This document shows positions 1 through 10,439 of a DNA stretch of 64,000 bases, piece after piece. A program made the translations under genes and the position numbers. Numbering within the stretch: the stretch's first letter is position 1; the number at the start of each line of letters is the position of its first letter. The stretch comes from an uncultured Acidobacteriota bacterium (GTDB lineage Bacteria > Acidobacteriota > UBA6911), in NCBI GenBank assembly GCA_963827655.1, contig CAWHCF010000023.1:192001-256000 (forward strand), read 5' to 3'. Under the pieces are notes generated by a model. That model was not told the origin of the DNA and searched no databases. It worked only from the letters and a program-made list of their open reading frames with translations.

Positions 1-271
1 TGCGGCGAACTTTCCAATCTGCATCTTGGAGAGCTTCTTCCAAGGCACCTTCAATTTCCGATTCAGACACCTCTTTCGTAGAAGCGATTTCCCCGAGCAG
101 AAACGCGGCCCGGCGGCGGATCGGTGCCGGTGATTCGCCAATTGCGCGTATCAGGGAAGGCACTGCCCGAGATCTTTTTTGCAGAAGTAAAAGCCCGGCA
201 GAGTTCGCGGTTTCGGGATTGGTGCTGCCAAGTTCTAAAAGAAGCCGTTGAATATCCTGATCGTCTTGCAA
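1..271 (-). CDS. HEAT/PBS-lyase repeat protein, runs off the window edge
   Basis: Manual translation from TTG at 271 (purine-rich AAGGGG upstream): MQDDQDIQRLLLELGS...AVPSLIRAIGESPAPIRRRAAFLLGEI...ALEEALQDADWKVRR, a HEAT-repeat pattern. Not in the ORF track because it has no stop in the window. Confidence 0.65.
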   Translation of the reverse strand, partial: MQDDQDIQRLLLELGSTNPETANSAGLLLLQKRSRAVPSLIRAIGESPAPIRRRAAFLLGEIASTKEVSESEIEGALEEALQDADWKVRR

Positions 272-504
272 ATCTTGGAAGCCCCTTTTGTTCTGTCGCT
301 ACGGATCCGCAACGGATACTACCAAAGTGGAGCCAGGCTGTTTGGGTCGGACGACTTGCGCAACATTATTTTGAAACATAGTCCGGGAAGATCCTACTCC
401 AGACTGATAGCCCTCTCCACGGAGAGGATGCGCTTCGCAATAGGCCATCCGGGTCCAACTATGTTATTCTCCCAACGGCACCGAAAAGCAATTTCCCATT
501 CCTA

Positions 505-621
505 GGAAAGGTGATGCAAAAGATGAACGCCGACTCTGTCGCCGACCTTGTGAAAATGGCAATGAGACTCGGCCTCATATCCGCGCGGAATCCGTGGCAC
601 GCCTCACACGAGCACGACTGA
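505..621 (+). pseudogene. C-terminal fragment of a FixJ/LuxR-family response regulator
   Basis: GKVMQKMNADSVADLVKMAMRLGL...* resembles the end of the FixJ-type HTH; no receiver domain upstream. Confidence 0.55.
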
Positions 622-1284
622 GCTGTTCAATTGGCAGGGCTACATCGAGTCCTCTAGGGTTGCGTCACCGCTTGGGAAGGGGTCCAGCGACCACCTGCTG
701 CTGTTGAACGAATCGAGAGCGCCCGGTCGCCCGCCTCGTCCCCGCTTCCGAAGAGAAGGACACGCTGCGCATCCGAAAGCCTTTGAAAGATCCGGCCGGG
801 TTGGTCGGTCTGCTGAACGTTCCGCCAGTGAAAGGCCGGCGAGCCGATAGTCTCAAGCTGTGCTCGAAGACCGACGGAAGCGCTAGGTGCCTCGTTTCCC
901 GAGGCGGGAAAATCTCGCCTGCTCTCTCTGGCAATGCTTCAGGCGGTGTCTGGCTGGCGCTCGCTTCAGCGCCGGACCGATTACGCTTCGCGATCCGCTT
1001 CACCGCCGAGCAAAGCAGGGATGCTCTTCGGCGGCCGGGAGGATCACGGCGATCGTGCCGAATCCCTGCCGGAACGGCCATCATAGGCGTGCCGCAATGC
1101 GCTTTGGCGCCCTGCCCGACCATCAGGGTTTGAGTCCGAGGTGTAATCATCGAGCGTATCTTGAAGAGGGCGCCGCCAGGAGCCGATCTCAAGAGCTGGC
1201 GCTATTGATTCTGCGCGTGTGACACATGCCAGGCCCAACCGAAACTTGGAAAATCCAAGCTCACCGGAGATGCAGGAGGTTCAG

Positions 1285-3774
1285 ATGAAAACCAGAACGC
1301 TCGCCTTCACCGTCGCGCTTATCCTCGCCGCAGCGGCGGTGCAATTCGGACAGACACTCCCGCAAGACCCGAACGCATCGCGCTACCTGACGCCGCCGAG
1401 AGTCATCGTCGACATTCTGGACGCGCCCCCGACGCCGGGGGTGATCGTCTCCCCCGACCGTCATACGATCGCTCTGCTCGACCGGCGCAGCATGCCCACG
1501 ATTGCCGAGCTTGCGCAGCCGATTCACCGCATCGCGGGCGCGCGCATCAATCCGAAAACCAACGGGCGCCAGCAACGCAGCGGGGGCATCGTCGCCATCA
1601 CGTTGAGATCGATTTCCGGCGGGACGGAAAGGAAAGTCAACGTGCCGCCAGATCCGAATATTGGCGGCGTGAGCTTCGCTCCCGACGGTAAGCGGCTCGC
1701 CTTCACCAACACGAAAGAGAACGGCATTGAGCTGTGGGTCGCTGACACGGCGACGGGACAGTCGAAGCTCTTGAGCGGAACGGATCGACTGAACGGAGCT
1801 ACCGGTGATCCGTGTGACTGGCTGGAAGACAGCGTCACCCTGTTGTGCCAGTTCGTTGCCCGCAGGCCGCGGATCGGCTCCAGCCGAGCCGAGCGCGCCC
1901 ACCGGCCCCAATGTTCAGGAGAATCACGGCAAGGCGGCGCCGGCGCCGACCTACGAGGATCTGATCAAGACCAGTCATGACGAGAACCTCTTCGAGCACT
2001 ACTTCACCGGCCAGCTCGCGACCATCGACGCCGTTAGCGGGCGCAAGACCGCGATCGGCGTGCCGGCAATCCTGGAAAACGTTTCGGCATCGCCGAGCGG
2101 CGAATATCTCCTCGTGTCGAGAATCAAGCGGCCGTTCTCGCGGCTGGTGCCGATGAGCGGGTTCCCCAAAGACATCGAGATCTGGAACCGCCGAGGGGAC
2201 GCCGTGAAGAAGATCGCTGACCTGCCGTCCAGCGAAGGCACGCCCATCAACGGCGTGCAGCCGGGACCGCGCGGCTTTCGCTGGCGTCCGGATCAGCCCG
2301 CGACTGATCACGTGGGTCGAGGCCCTGGACGAGGGAAATCCCAGGAACAACGTGCCGTTCCGCGACAGGATCGTCGCGCTCGCGGCGCCGTTCTCGGGCA
2401 CGCCGGTCGAGCTCGCCAGGACGGAATGGCGTTTCGGCGGGCTTTCATACACCGAGAAGGGCATCGGTCTGCTGACCGAATCCGATCGCCGGACGCGCCA
2501 CACCCGGACCTGGATCGTCGAGGCCGGTGCGCAGCCTCGCAAAGCTGTGGGACCGCAGGCAGCAGGACGCCTATGGCAACCCCGGCTCCCCCATCTTCAG
2601 GAGGGACAGCGGCGGTGGCGGCGGCGGCGGGGGCGGACGGCGGCGGCGGAGGCCGGGGCGTGATTCTGCAGCATGGGGACTATATCTATCTGACCGGAAC
2701 GGGCGCGTCGCCGGGGGGCGATCGGCCGTTCCTCGATCGGCTCGACCTGAAGACACTCAAGACCGAGCGGCTCTTCCGCTGCGCCGAGAAAACTTACGAG
2801 TCGGTCATCGCGCCGCTCGATGACGAAGCGAAAACCCTGCTCACCGAATACGAGACGCCGGCGGATCCGCCGAACTACTACGTGCGCAACCTCGCTGCCG
2901 GGACAAAGCGCGCCATTACGCAGTTCAAAGATCCGGCGCCGCAGCTCGCCGGCGTCGCAGAAACAGTTCGTCACCTACCAGCGAAAGGACGGCGTGAAGC
3001 TTTCGGGCACGCTGTACCTGCCGCCCGGCTACAAGAAGGGCGAGCGGCTGCCGCATGCTGATGTGGGCGTACCCGCGCGAGTTCACCGACACGGACACGG
3101 CCAGCCAGGTCACGGGCTCGCCCTATCGCTTCACCCGGGTGAGCGGCACGTCGCACCTGTTCCTGCTGACCCAGGGCTACGCTATCTTCGACAATCCCAC
3201 CATGCCGATCGTGGGAGCGGGCGAGACCGCGAACGATACTTACGTCGAGCAGCTGGTCGCGAGCGCCGAAGCCGCGGTCAACCAGGTCGTGGACATGGGC
3301 GTCGCCGACCGCGACCGCATCGGCGTCGGCGGCCACAGCTACGGCGCTTTCATGACCGCCAATCTGCTGGCGCACTCGGACCTGTTCCGCGCCGGTATCG
3401 CGCGCAGCGGCGCGTACAACCGCACGCTCACGCCGTTCGGTTTTCAGAACGAGCGGCGCACATTCTGGGAGGTGCCGGAGATCTACGCGAAGATGTCGCC
3501 GTTCTGGCATGCCAACAAGATCAACGAGCCGATCCTGCTGATCCACGGCGAAGCTGACGACAACTCGGGCACGTTCCCGATTCAGTCCGAGCGGCTCTAC
3601 ATGGCTCTGAAGGGCCACGGCGCGACTGTGCGGTACGTGACGCTTCCGCACGAGGCGCACGGTTATGCGGCGCGCGAATCGGTGCTCCACACGCTGGCCG
3701 AGATGATCAACTGGATGGACAAGTACGTCAAGAACGCCGGTCCCAGGCAGCAGACAAGCGCGGCCTCAAAATAA
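1285..3774 (+). CDS. Secreted S9 family (prolyl oligopeptidase/glutamyl endopeptidase-like) peptidase, frameshifted several times
   Basis: Signal peptide MKTRTLAFTVALILAAAA after GGAGG RBS; beta-propeller segments; GGHSYGAFM nucleophile, HGEADDN and EAHGY catalytic motifs. Spread over ORFs 1219, 1805, 2352, 2527, 2820 and 3055. Confidence 0.85.
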
Positions 3775-4253
3775 GGATCGCAATTGAGCAACCTGTACGG
3801 GTCCGTGCTTCAAAAGGCTGGTTGACAGGCCCGCATGGGCATCGCCAAGCCGGCGACATCTCTGTCCAGACCTTGACGAAAAAAATCGGCCGTTCAAGCG
3901 CATAGCCTTGGCCGTGATGAAAGGGGGGCGCCGACGTTAGCCCGCCGTCGTTGGTGAAGGGCTTATGAGAAAAAAATCCCAATTCCCGGGCCGCGTTCGC
4001 CGTCGGCTGGAGCCTCGGGGTCGAACTTCAGCCGTCGCGTCTGGTGCGGCTCGAAGACCCGTGGCTCGGGACGACGCGGACGATGAACGTCTGACGCCTG
4101 CGGCAGTTCGCAAGCTTCGCCGGGAGGTCCTTTCCACATGCGCCGGCGTAGTGAGTAGCCGCGCCTCAATCGGTCTGCTGCCGTCTCTTTGCGTCCTGGC
4201 GGTGGTTTTGTTGTCTGACCACCAAGCCTCGAAGAAACACTTCGACTAATCGC

Positions 4254-4283
4254 TTGACAAGCCGAAAAGCATCCGAATATCCT
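4254..4283 (+). promoter_or_regulatory. Putative sigma70 promoter of the TonB-dependent receptor
   Basis: TTGACA-N18-TATCCT about 57 nt upstream of the ATG at 4341. Confidence 0.35.
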
Positions 4284-4340
4284 CCGACCAATACTAGATT
4301 TGCATGACTCAAAGCAGTGCCTCTTCGAAGGAGGGCTACC

Positions 4341-7300
4341 ATGAGATTGATCCACGTCCGCTCAACGTGTCGTTGCACCCTATCGCTTCTTACGCTTCTC
4401 GCGGCTTTCGGTGGCCGTGTGTACGGCCAGGAGGTGAACGCCTCCGTTCACGGAATCGTGCAGGACAACAGCGGTTCTGTGATCCCGGGAGTCGAGGTCC
4501 AGGTGCGCAGCCTCGACACCAACCGGGTCTTCCGGGCGCTGACCGACGAGTCGGGGAACTACAACATCACCCAGGTGCCCATCGGCCGCTACGAGGTTGG
4601 GGCCGAGCTCCAGGGGTTCAAGAAAGCGGTTGTGACCGACATCGTGCTGCGCGTTAACGACCGGCGCCGGGTCAACTTCACCCTCGAGGTCGGAGGCATC
4701 ACCGAGATAGTCACGGTGGCGGCCTCGCTGGTTGCGGTCGACACCGCCTCGGGCACGACCAGCAGCATCATGGGGAGTGAAGACCTGCTGCAGCTCCCGT
4801 CCTCGGGACGCCAGGTCATGCCCTTCTCGATGATCATGCCCGGCGTGACCGGCAGGAACACCGACACGCGGACCAGCCAGCAGCAAGCAGTCAACGGCGT
4901 CCGGCCGACGCACAACGCCTGGCTGCTCGACGGCGGCTACAACATCGACACGGGCGGAAACTGGGGCATGCCGATGGCTCCGAACATGGAGACCGTGGCC
5001 GAGTTCCGCGCCATTCGCGGCAACTACAGCGCCGAGTTCGGCATCGGCGGCGGGAGCCAGTTCAATGTCGTCACGCGCGGCGGGAGCAACGAGTTCCACG
5101 GCGCCCTCTCGTGGTACCACCGCGCCGACTGGATCAACGCCCGCAACTTCTTCTCCCCCACCAAAGAGCCCTTCCGGAACAACGATTTCGGCGGTTCAAT
5201 CGGCGGTCCCGTCATCATCCCGGGACTCTACCACGGGCGCGACAAGACCTTCTTCTTCGCCTTCTTCGGCGCGCGGACCGAGCGCAGGGAGGAGCGCTTC
5301 ACGTCCAAGGTTCCCGAGATGGCCTACCGCACCGGTGATTTCAGTACGCTGGGAACGGTCATCCGCGATCCGGCGACGGGTGAGCCTTTCCCGGGCAACA
5401 TCATCCCCGCCAACCGCATCGACACCTTCGCCAAGAACTATACGGCGGTCTATCCGGCGCCGAACTTCAGGGACAGCCTGGGCAACAACTACACGGTCTT
5501 ACAGCCGCGCAGTTTCAACCTCCCGCAGCAAAACTACCGGATCGATCACCACTTCAACGAGCGGCACCGGATCTTCGGGCGCTATGCGCGGGAGTTTCAG
5601 GAATCCGAATACTTCACCGGTCCGGGATTCGATAACTTCCTGCGCCGCGACGAGGTGCCGGTCAACAACACGGTGATCAATTTCTACTCGACCTTCAGCC
5701 CGACGCTCCTCAACGAGGTGAGCTTCACGCGCAGCCACAACCGGATCATGCAGTTCCCGCCGGAGTTCCCGCGCGACCAGTACGGTCTCAACATCCCGGA
5801 GCTGGTCCCGCAGACCGAGGAGAATTACCCGCTGGACAGCCTGAACCTGAGCACGATTCCCGACAAGGCACCCAACATCACGATCACGAACTACAGGGCC
5901 ATTGACCCGGCGGCGCCATGGAGCAACTACCAATCGATCTTCGACTTCAAGGACAACCTCACCTGGGTGCGGGGGCGGCACACGCTGAAAACCGGCTTTG
6001 ACTACGCCTACGAGAAGAAGTTCGAGCCCGCGGACACGAATGTCTTCGGCGCGTTTAACTTCGACGGCCGCTTCAGCGGCGATGGCTACTCGGACTTTCT
6101 CCTGGGCCGGGCCGTCAGCTACAACGAGTCGAGCTCCGTTTCGTTCAACGACAACCGGCGTCACGCGCTCGAGCTCTATCTCGACGACAGCTGGAAAACG
6201 AGCCGCCGTCTCACCCTCAACCTGGGTGTGCGCTACTCGTACTTCCCTCCCTCCGGCGAGCCCGACGAACGCTACCGTTTCTTCCTTCCCTCCGCCTACG
6301 ATCCCTCCAAGGCCGTGACGGTGCTGCCAAACGGCCAGATTCCGCGGACTGGCGGCGACCGTTTCAACGGCCTCGCCAACCCAAAGGACTACTGGGATTA
6401 TACTGCCTGGAACTTCGCGCCGCGCTTCGGCTTCGCTTACGACCTCTTCGGCAACGGCGTGACGGCCGTCCGGGGCGGCTACGGGATCTTCTACAGCCGC
6501 GAGATCCTGGGGGCATTCATACTGATCGCTTCGAACCCGCCCTTCCAGGAGCGGTTGGAGATCGAGAACACAAGCCTCAGCAACCCCGGCGGAGGCTCGA
6601 CCCGCAATTTCGACCTGCCGATCAATCTGAGCTCGATGGACACGAAGCAGCACACGCCGTACACGCAGCAGTGGAACCTTAACATCCAGCAGTCGCTGAC
6701 CAGGGGGACCGTGCTGGAGGTCGGATATGCCGGCTCGCGGGCGCTGCACATGATGCGTTCCCGCGACCTCAACCTGGGGCCGTTAAGCGCGGACGTTGCC
6801 GCCGGCCGGATCAACGCCGCCGCGCTCCGTCCGTACAGCGGCTGGGGGTCGATTTCGCACCGCGAACAGAGCTACGGCTCGGTGTATCACGGGCTTCAGA
6901 TCGGGTTGGACCGTCGCTTCCACGCCGGCCTGGGCATCAAGGCTGCGTACACCTGGTCGAAGGCCATCGACGACGCCGAGTTCACGGGCGGGATCTATGG
7001 TCTTTCCGCGTACTATCCCACCCACCTGAACGGGCAGAGAGGGCCGGCCACTTACGACACCCCTCACCGCTTTGTGGCAAGCTACATCTACCAGTTGCCC
7101 GGGTTTTCGAACCACAACGCCCTGGTCCGGGGCGTCCTGGGCGGGTGGTCAATCTCAGGGATCACCGTGTTCGAGACCGGATACCCGTTCACGCCGACGA
7201 TCGGACGAGACCTGGCCGGCCTGGGCGGAGCGCTCGATCAGCGGCCGCTGGTCGCCGGCAATTGGAAGATGGAGGAGCGGATCGGGACCCTGTACTTCAG

Positions 7301-7577
7301 CCCCGACGCATTCGTCCTGCCGGCAGCCGGCACGCTCGCGCCCACGGGGCGCAACTTCATGCGTCTCCCCGGTACCCATAACTGGGACCTCTCGCTGGCG
7401 AAGGACTTCTCGCTCCACGAGCGATCCAAGCTCGAGTTCCGCGCCGAGGCCTTCAACGCGTTCAACCACACCCAGTTCTCCGCGGTAGGGACGAACATGA
7501 ACGCCGCCAACTTCGGGCACGTCACCACGGCAAGGTCGCCCCGGACCATGCAGCTCAGCATGCGGATAACGTTTTAG
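4341..7577 (+). CDS. TonB-dependent receptor, Oar-like, with N-terminal carboxypeptidase-regulatory-like domain
   Basis: GIVQDNSGSVIPGVEV...TDESGNY N-domain, NFAPRFGFAYD, YTWSKAID, EFRAEAFNAFNHTQF, terminal F; GGAGG RBS. Confidence 0.93.
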   Translation: MRLIHVRSTCRCTLSLLTLLAAFGGRVYGQEVNASVHGIVQDNSGSVIPGVEVQVRSLDTNRVFRALTDESGNYNITQVPIGRYEVGAELQGFKKAVVTDIVLRVNDRRRVNFTLEVGGITEIVTVAASLVAVDTASGTTSSIMGSEDLLQLPSSGRQVMPFSMIMPGVTGRNTDTRTSQQQAVNGVRPTHNAWLLDGGYNIDTGGNWGMPMAPNMETVAEFRAIRGNYSAEFGIGGGSQFNVVTRGGSNEFHGALSWYHRADWINARNFFSPTKEPFRNNDFGGSIGGPVIIPGLYHGRDKTFFFAFFGARTERREERFTSKVPEMAYRTGDFSTLGTVIRDPATGEPFPGNIIPANRIDTFAKNYTAVYPAPNFRDSLGNNYTVLQPRSFNLPQQNYRIDHHFNERHRIFGRYAREFQESEYFTGPGFDNFLRRDEVPVNNTVINFYSTFSPTLLNEVSFTRSHNRIMQFPPEFPRDQYGLNIPELVPQTEENYPLDSLNLSTIPDKAPNITITNYRAIDPAAPWSNYQSIFDFKDNLTWVRGRHTLKTGFDYAYEKKFEPADTNVFGAFNFDGRFSGDGYSDFLLGRAVSYNESSSVSFNDNRRHALELYLDDSWKTSRRLTLNLGVRYSYFPPSGEPDERYRFFLPSAYDPSKAVTVLPNGQIPRTGGDRFNGLANPKDYWDYTAWNFAPRFGFAYDLFGNGVTAVRGGYGIFYSREILGAFILIASNPPFQERLEIENTSLSNPGGGSTRNFDLPINLSSMDTKQHTPYTQQWNLNIQQSLTRGTVLEVGYAGSRALHMMRSRDLNLGPLSADVAAGRINAAALRPYSGWGSISHREQSYGSVYHGLQIGLDRRFHAGLGIKAAYTWSKAIDDAEFTGGIYGLSAYYPTHLNGQRGPATYDTPHRFVASYIYQLPGFSNHNALVRGVLGGWSISGITVFETGYPFTPTIGRDLAGLGGALDQRPLVAGNWKMEERIGTLYFSPDAFVLPAAGTLAPTGRNFMRLPGTHNWDLSLAKDFSLHERSKLEFRAEAFNAFNHTQFSAVGTNMNAANFGHVTTARSPRTMQLSMRITF

Positions 7578-7587
7578 TCACGGACGT

Positions 7588-8518
7588 CAGAACGTGTGAA
7601 GAAATTGGTCTGATAGGGGTAGGGAGGATCGATTGAGTTCGATCCCCCCTCCCTCCGAACCGGACGTGCGGATCTCCCGCATCCGGCTCTCCAGTCGGTG
7701 GTTCACCTCGAAGAGGGAAGACGTGCCATTCAGAGGCGTTGGTCAGGATCCCACACCTGCGAATGTAACTGAAAACTTTCGCGATTGGTTTCCAGTTGCC
7801 CGGATGACCAAGGCTGTCAACATGCATCTCACGTGCGCTGCCAGTTCCGGCCACGGGGTTCAACCCGTCGCTCTCTCCGACTCGCATAGCCCTTGGGCAT
7901 TAGCGTCGGTTCGTCTTCTGTCAGTCACGCATCCATGCATCCACCTCCCTGCGCTCCTTTGCTCCAGGCCCATTACGGCCCTTCCCCGCTCTTATGAGCG
8001 CTCTGACTCTGCCCGCCTGGCTCTTCGGCTCTTCCGAGCATGAACTCCGGCTCCTGCTACGAGCAGGTCTCCCTGATTCACGCACTTGATCTTCCGATCC
8101 CTCCGTCTCCAACCACCAGTCAGTCCCCCAACGTCGCTTTCGCACGCTACCCCTCAGCTCGTCGAGTCTCCCGCTTTTGCGGGTCTAGGTTTTGCCTTAC
8201 GCCAGCAGGCTCGCCGATACAGACCGGCCGAATCGAGTTCGTTATCCTACGGATGGATCGTTCACCTCCTGCTGCTCCCCACCCCGCCTCACGGCGACGC
8301 AGTTGCATTCGGTTTCAGGCCGGAGAGCGTATGCCTGGAGAGGACTTTCACCTCTCTGATCATGTGCGCTTTAAGGCGCACTGGCGACGGGTCATAGACC
8401 CGTCGCAAGTAACGTGATAGCTGAGACTTAGCCTTAAAAAGTTCATTTGTGCTACTAGGGGGCCGGACGGGCTTGATAGCCCGTCCGAACATGTATCGGG
8501 TCGTTCTGCGACGGTCTC
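7588..8518. mobile_element. Non-autonomous MITE-like element (copy A) interrupted by group II intron 1
   Basis: Ends CAGAACGTGTGAAGAAATT and TTCTGCGACGGTCTC; internal hairpins GGACGGGCTTGATAGCCCGTCC and GCGACGGGTC-ATA-GACCCGTCGC; homologous to 35195-35557 and 40206-40330. Confidence 0.6.
7613..8381 (-). ncRNA. ORF-less group II intron, copy 1 (769 nt)
   Basis: 5' GTGCG; domain V GAGCCGGATGCGGGAGATCCGCACGTCCGGTTC (7657-7689, AGC triad); domain VI ending CCCTACCCCTAT; no RT ORF. Boundaries are supported by an uninterrupted homologous site at 35494/35495. Confidence 0.92.
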
Positions 8519-8548
8519 TAATGACCCGCGCCTCGGAACCGCCAGGAA

Positions 8549-9430
8549 ATGAGGACCAACCCCATGACTAAACTCTCAAGACTGATTCTCCTCTCCCTGC
8601 TGCTGCCGGCCGGGACAATTACGGCCGACCGGCCCGCGGAAATCCCGCTCTGGCCGAGCGGCGCACCCGGCTCGGAGGGTAAGGCGACGCGGGAGGTCGT
8701 AGCTACCTCGGAAACGGGTGAGCTGCGCGTCTCGAGCATCCACAATCCGAGCATCACGCCGTATCTCCCCGCGAAGGACAAGGCCACCGGCGCCGCAGTG
8801 CTCGTCATCCCGGGGGGCGGTCACCGGCTGCTCGCGATAACCCACGAGGGTTACAACGTGGCGGAGTGGCTGGCCGAGCGCGGCATCGCCGCTTTCGTCC
8901 TCAAACACCGTCTGGCGCGCGAGCCGGGCTCGACCTATCAGGTGGAGGTCCACTCGCTCCAGGACACGCAGCGCGCCCTTCGTCTCATCCGCAGCCGCGC
9001 CGCGGAGTGGGGGGTGGATGCCGCGCGCCTGGGCGTGATGGGCTTCTCGGCCGGCGGCGAGCTCGCGGCGCTCGCCAGCATGCGCTTCGACAATGGCATC
9101 GAAGGCGCCGCCGACGCTGTCGACCGGCAGGGCTCAAAGCCCGCCTTCCAGGCGCTGATCTATCCCGGCGCCTCGAGCAAGATCGTTCCCGCCAAGGACT
9201 CGCCACCGGTGTTCCTGGCGTGTGGCTATGGTGACCGGCCCGACATCTCCGAAGGCCTGGCGACCGTGTATCTCGCGTTCAAGAAGGTCGGCGTTCCGGC
9301 GGAGCTCCACATCTACGCCGGCGCCGGACACGGCTTCGGCTTGCGCGCGTCCAATCGCACTCCGGCCGCGAGCTGGCCGGAGCGCTTCAAGGATTGGCTG
9401 GCGGACCGCGGGTTCTTGGGCAAGTCCTGA
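8549..9430 (+). CDS. Secreted alpha/beta hydrolase (xylan esterase/BD-FAE-like)
   Basis: Signal peptide; PGGGH, GFSAGG nucleophile, GHGFG. Start may be at 8564. Confidence 0.88.
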   Translation: MRTNPMTKLSRLILLSLLLPAGTITADRPAEIPLWPSGAPGSEGKATREVVATSETGELRVSSIHNPSITPYLPAKDKATGAAVLVIPGGGHRLLAITHEGYNVAEWLAERGIAAFVLKHRLAREPGSTYQVEVHSLQDTQRALRLIRSRAAEWGVDAARLGVMGFSAGGELAALASMRFDNGIEGAADAVDRQGSKPAFQALIYPGASSKIVPAKDSPPVFLACGYGDRPDISEGLATVYLAFKKVGVPAELHIYAGAGHGFGLRASNRTPAASWPERFKDWLADRGFLGKS

Positions 9431-9458
9431 GCCTCAATCGGCGGATCGGCTGACTTTG

Positions 9459-10226
9459 ATAGGGGTAGGGAGGACCGATTGAGTTCGATCCCCCCTCCCT
9501 CCGAACCGGACGTGCGGATCTCCCGCATCCGGCTCTCCAGTCGGTGGTTCACCTCGATGAGGGTTGACATGCCATTCGGAGGCAGTGGTCAGGATCCCAT
9601 ACCTGCAAATGGAACTGAAAACCTTCGCGACTGGTCTCCAGTTGCTCTGATGACCAAGGCTGTCAACATGCATCTCGCGTGGGCTGCCAGTTCACGCCAC
9701 GGGTTGAACCCGTGGTTCTCTCCGACTCGCTTAGCCCTTGGGCACTCGCATCGGTTTGTCTTCTGTCAGTCCCGCGTCCATGCATCCACCTCCCTGCGCC
9801 CCTTTGCTCCAGGCCCATTACGGCCCTTCCTCGCTCCTATGGGCGCTCTGACTCCTGCACGCCCGGTTCTTCGGCTCTTGCGAGCATGAACACCGGCTCC
9901 TGTTACGGACAGGTCTCCCTGATTCACGCACTTGATCTTCCGATCCCTCCGTCTCCAACCACCGGTCAGGCCCCGACGTCGCTTTCGCACGCTACCCCTC
10001 AGCTCGTCGAGTCTCCCGCTCTCGCGGGTCTAGGCTTCGCCATTCGCTCGCAGGCTCGCCGACACAGACCGGCCGAATCGAGTTCGTTATCCTACGGATG
10101 GATCGTTCACCTCCTGCTGCTCCCCACCCCGCCTCACGGCGACGCAGTTGCAGTCGGTTACAGGCCGGAGAGCGTTTACCTGGAGAGGACTTTCACCTCT
10201 CTGATCATGTGCGCTTACAGGCGCAC
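9459..10226 (-). ncRNA. ORF-less group II intron, copy 2 (768 nt)
   Basis: Collinear, diverged paralog of copy 1; 5' GTGCG, identical domain V (9503-9535), 3' CCCTAT. Confidence 0.92.
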
Positions 10227-10345
10227 GAGTGCGCAAGCTTGCTTGCGCCTTGGATTGCGGCAGCTTGCTGCCGCACCCGCGAAATGGCCAACTCGTGCCC
10301 CTCACGGGCGGGCCTGGCGAAGCAACGCCAGACTAAGGCGGTTGG
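10227..10345. repeat. GGAG-type REP/REPIN-like palindromic element, target of intron 2
   Basis: (TTTG)GAGTGCGCAAGC-TT-GCTTGCGC and TGCGGCAGC-TT-GCTGCCGCA hairpins; related copies at 34113-34140 and 40058-40130. Confidence 0.7.
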
Positions 10346-10439
10346 TTCATGAATACGTTAACGTATTGGCCAGAGCGGTAGGAGTCGGCGGTGTTGTCGC
10401 CCAGGGCCAAAGGCCCGGCAGGGAGTAGCCCCGCCCGAC

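Noticed and set aside
665-1222. Overlapping ORFs of 111-175 aa
   Set aside because: No recognisable motif or RBS; the composition is typical of GC-rich spurious frames.
3775-4250. Possible sRNA/riboswitch or 94-aa ORF upstream of the TonB receptor
   Set aside because: I can recognise no conserved RNA motif, and the ORF ends within an octamer repeat and lacks family features.
7613-10226. Integron cassette array or DGR interpretation of the intron/hydrolase region
   Set aside because: No integrase, recognisable attC R-box pairs, RT or adenine-specific TR/VR pattern is present; the targets match REP-like repeats found elsewhere in the window.
7555-10428. ORFs overlapping the two repeats (7633-8043, 8086-8397, 9479-9889, 9679-10428 etc.)
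   Set aside because: They are shadow translations of structured intron RNA and have no RT (YADD) or other protein motif.
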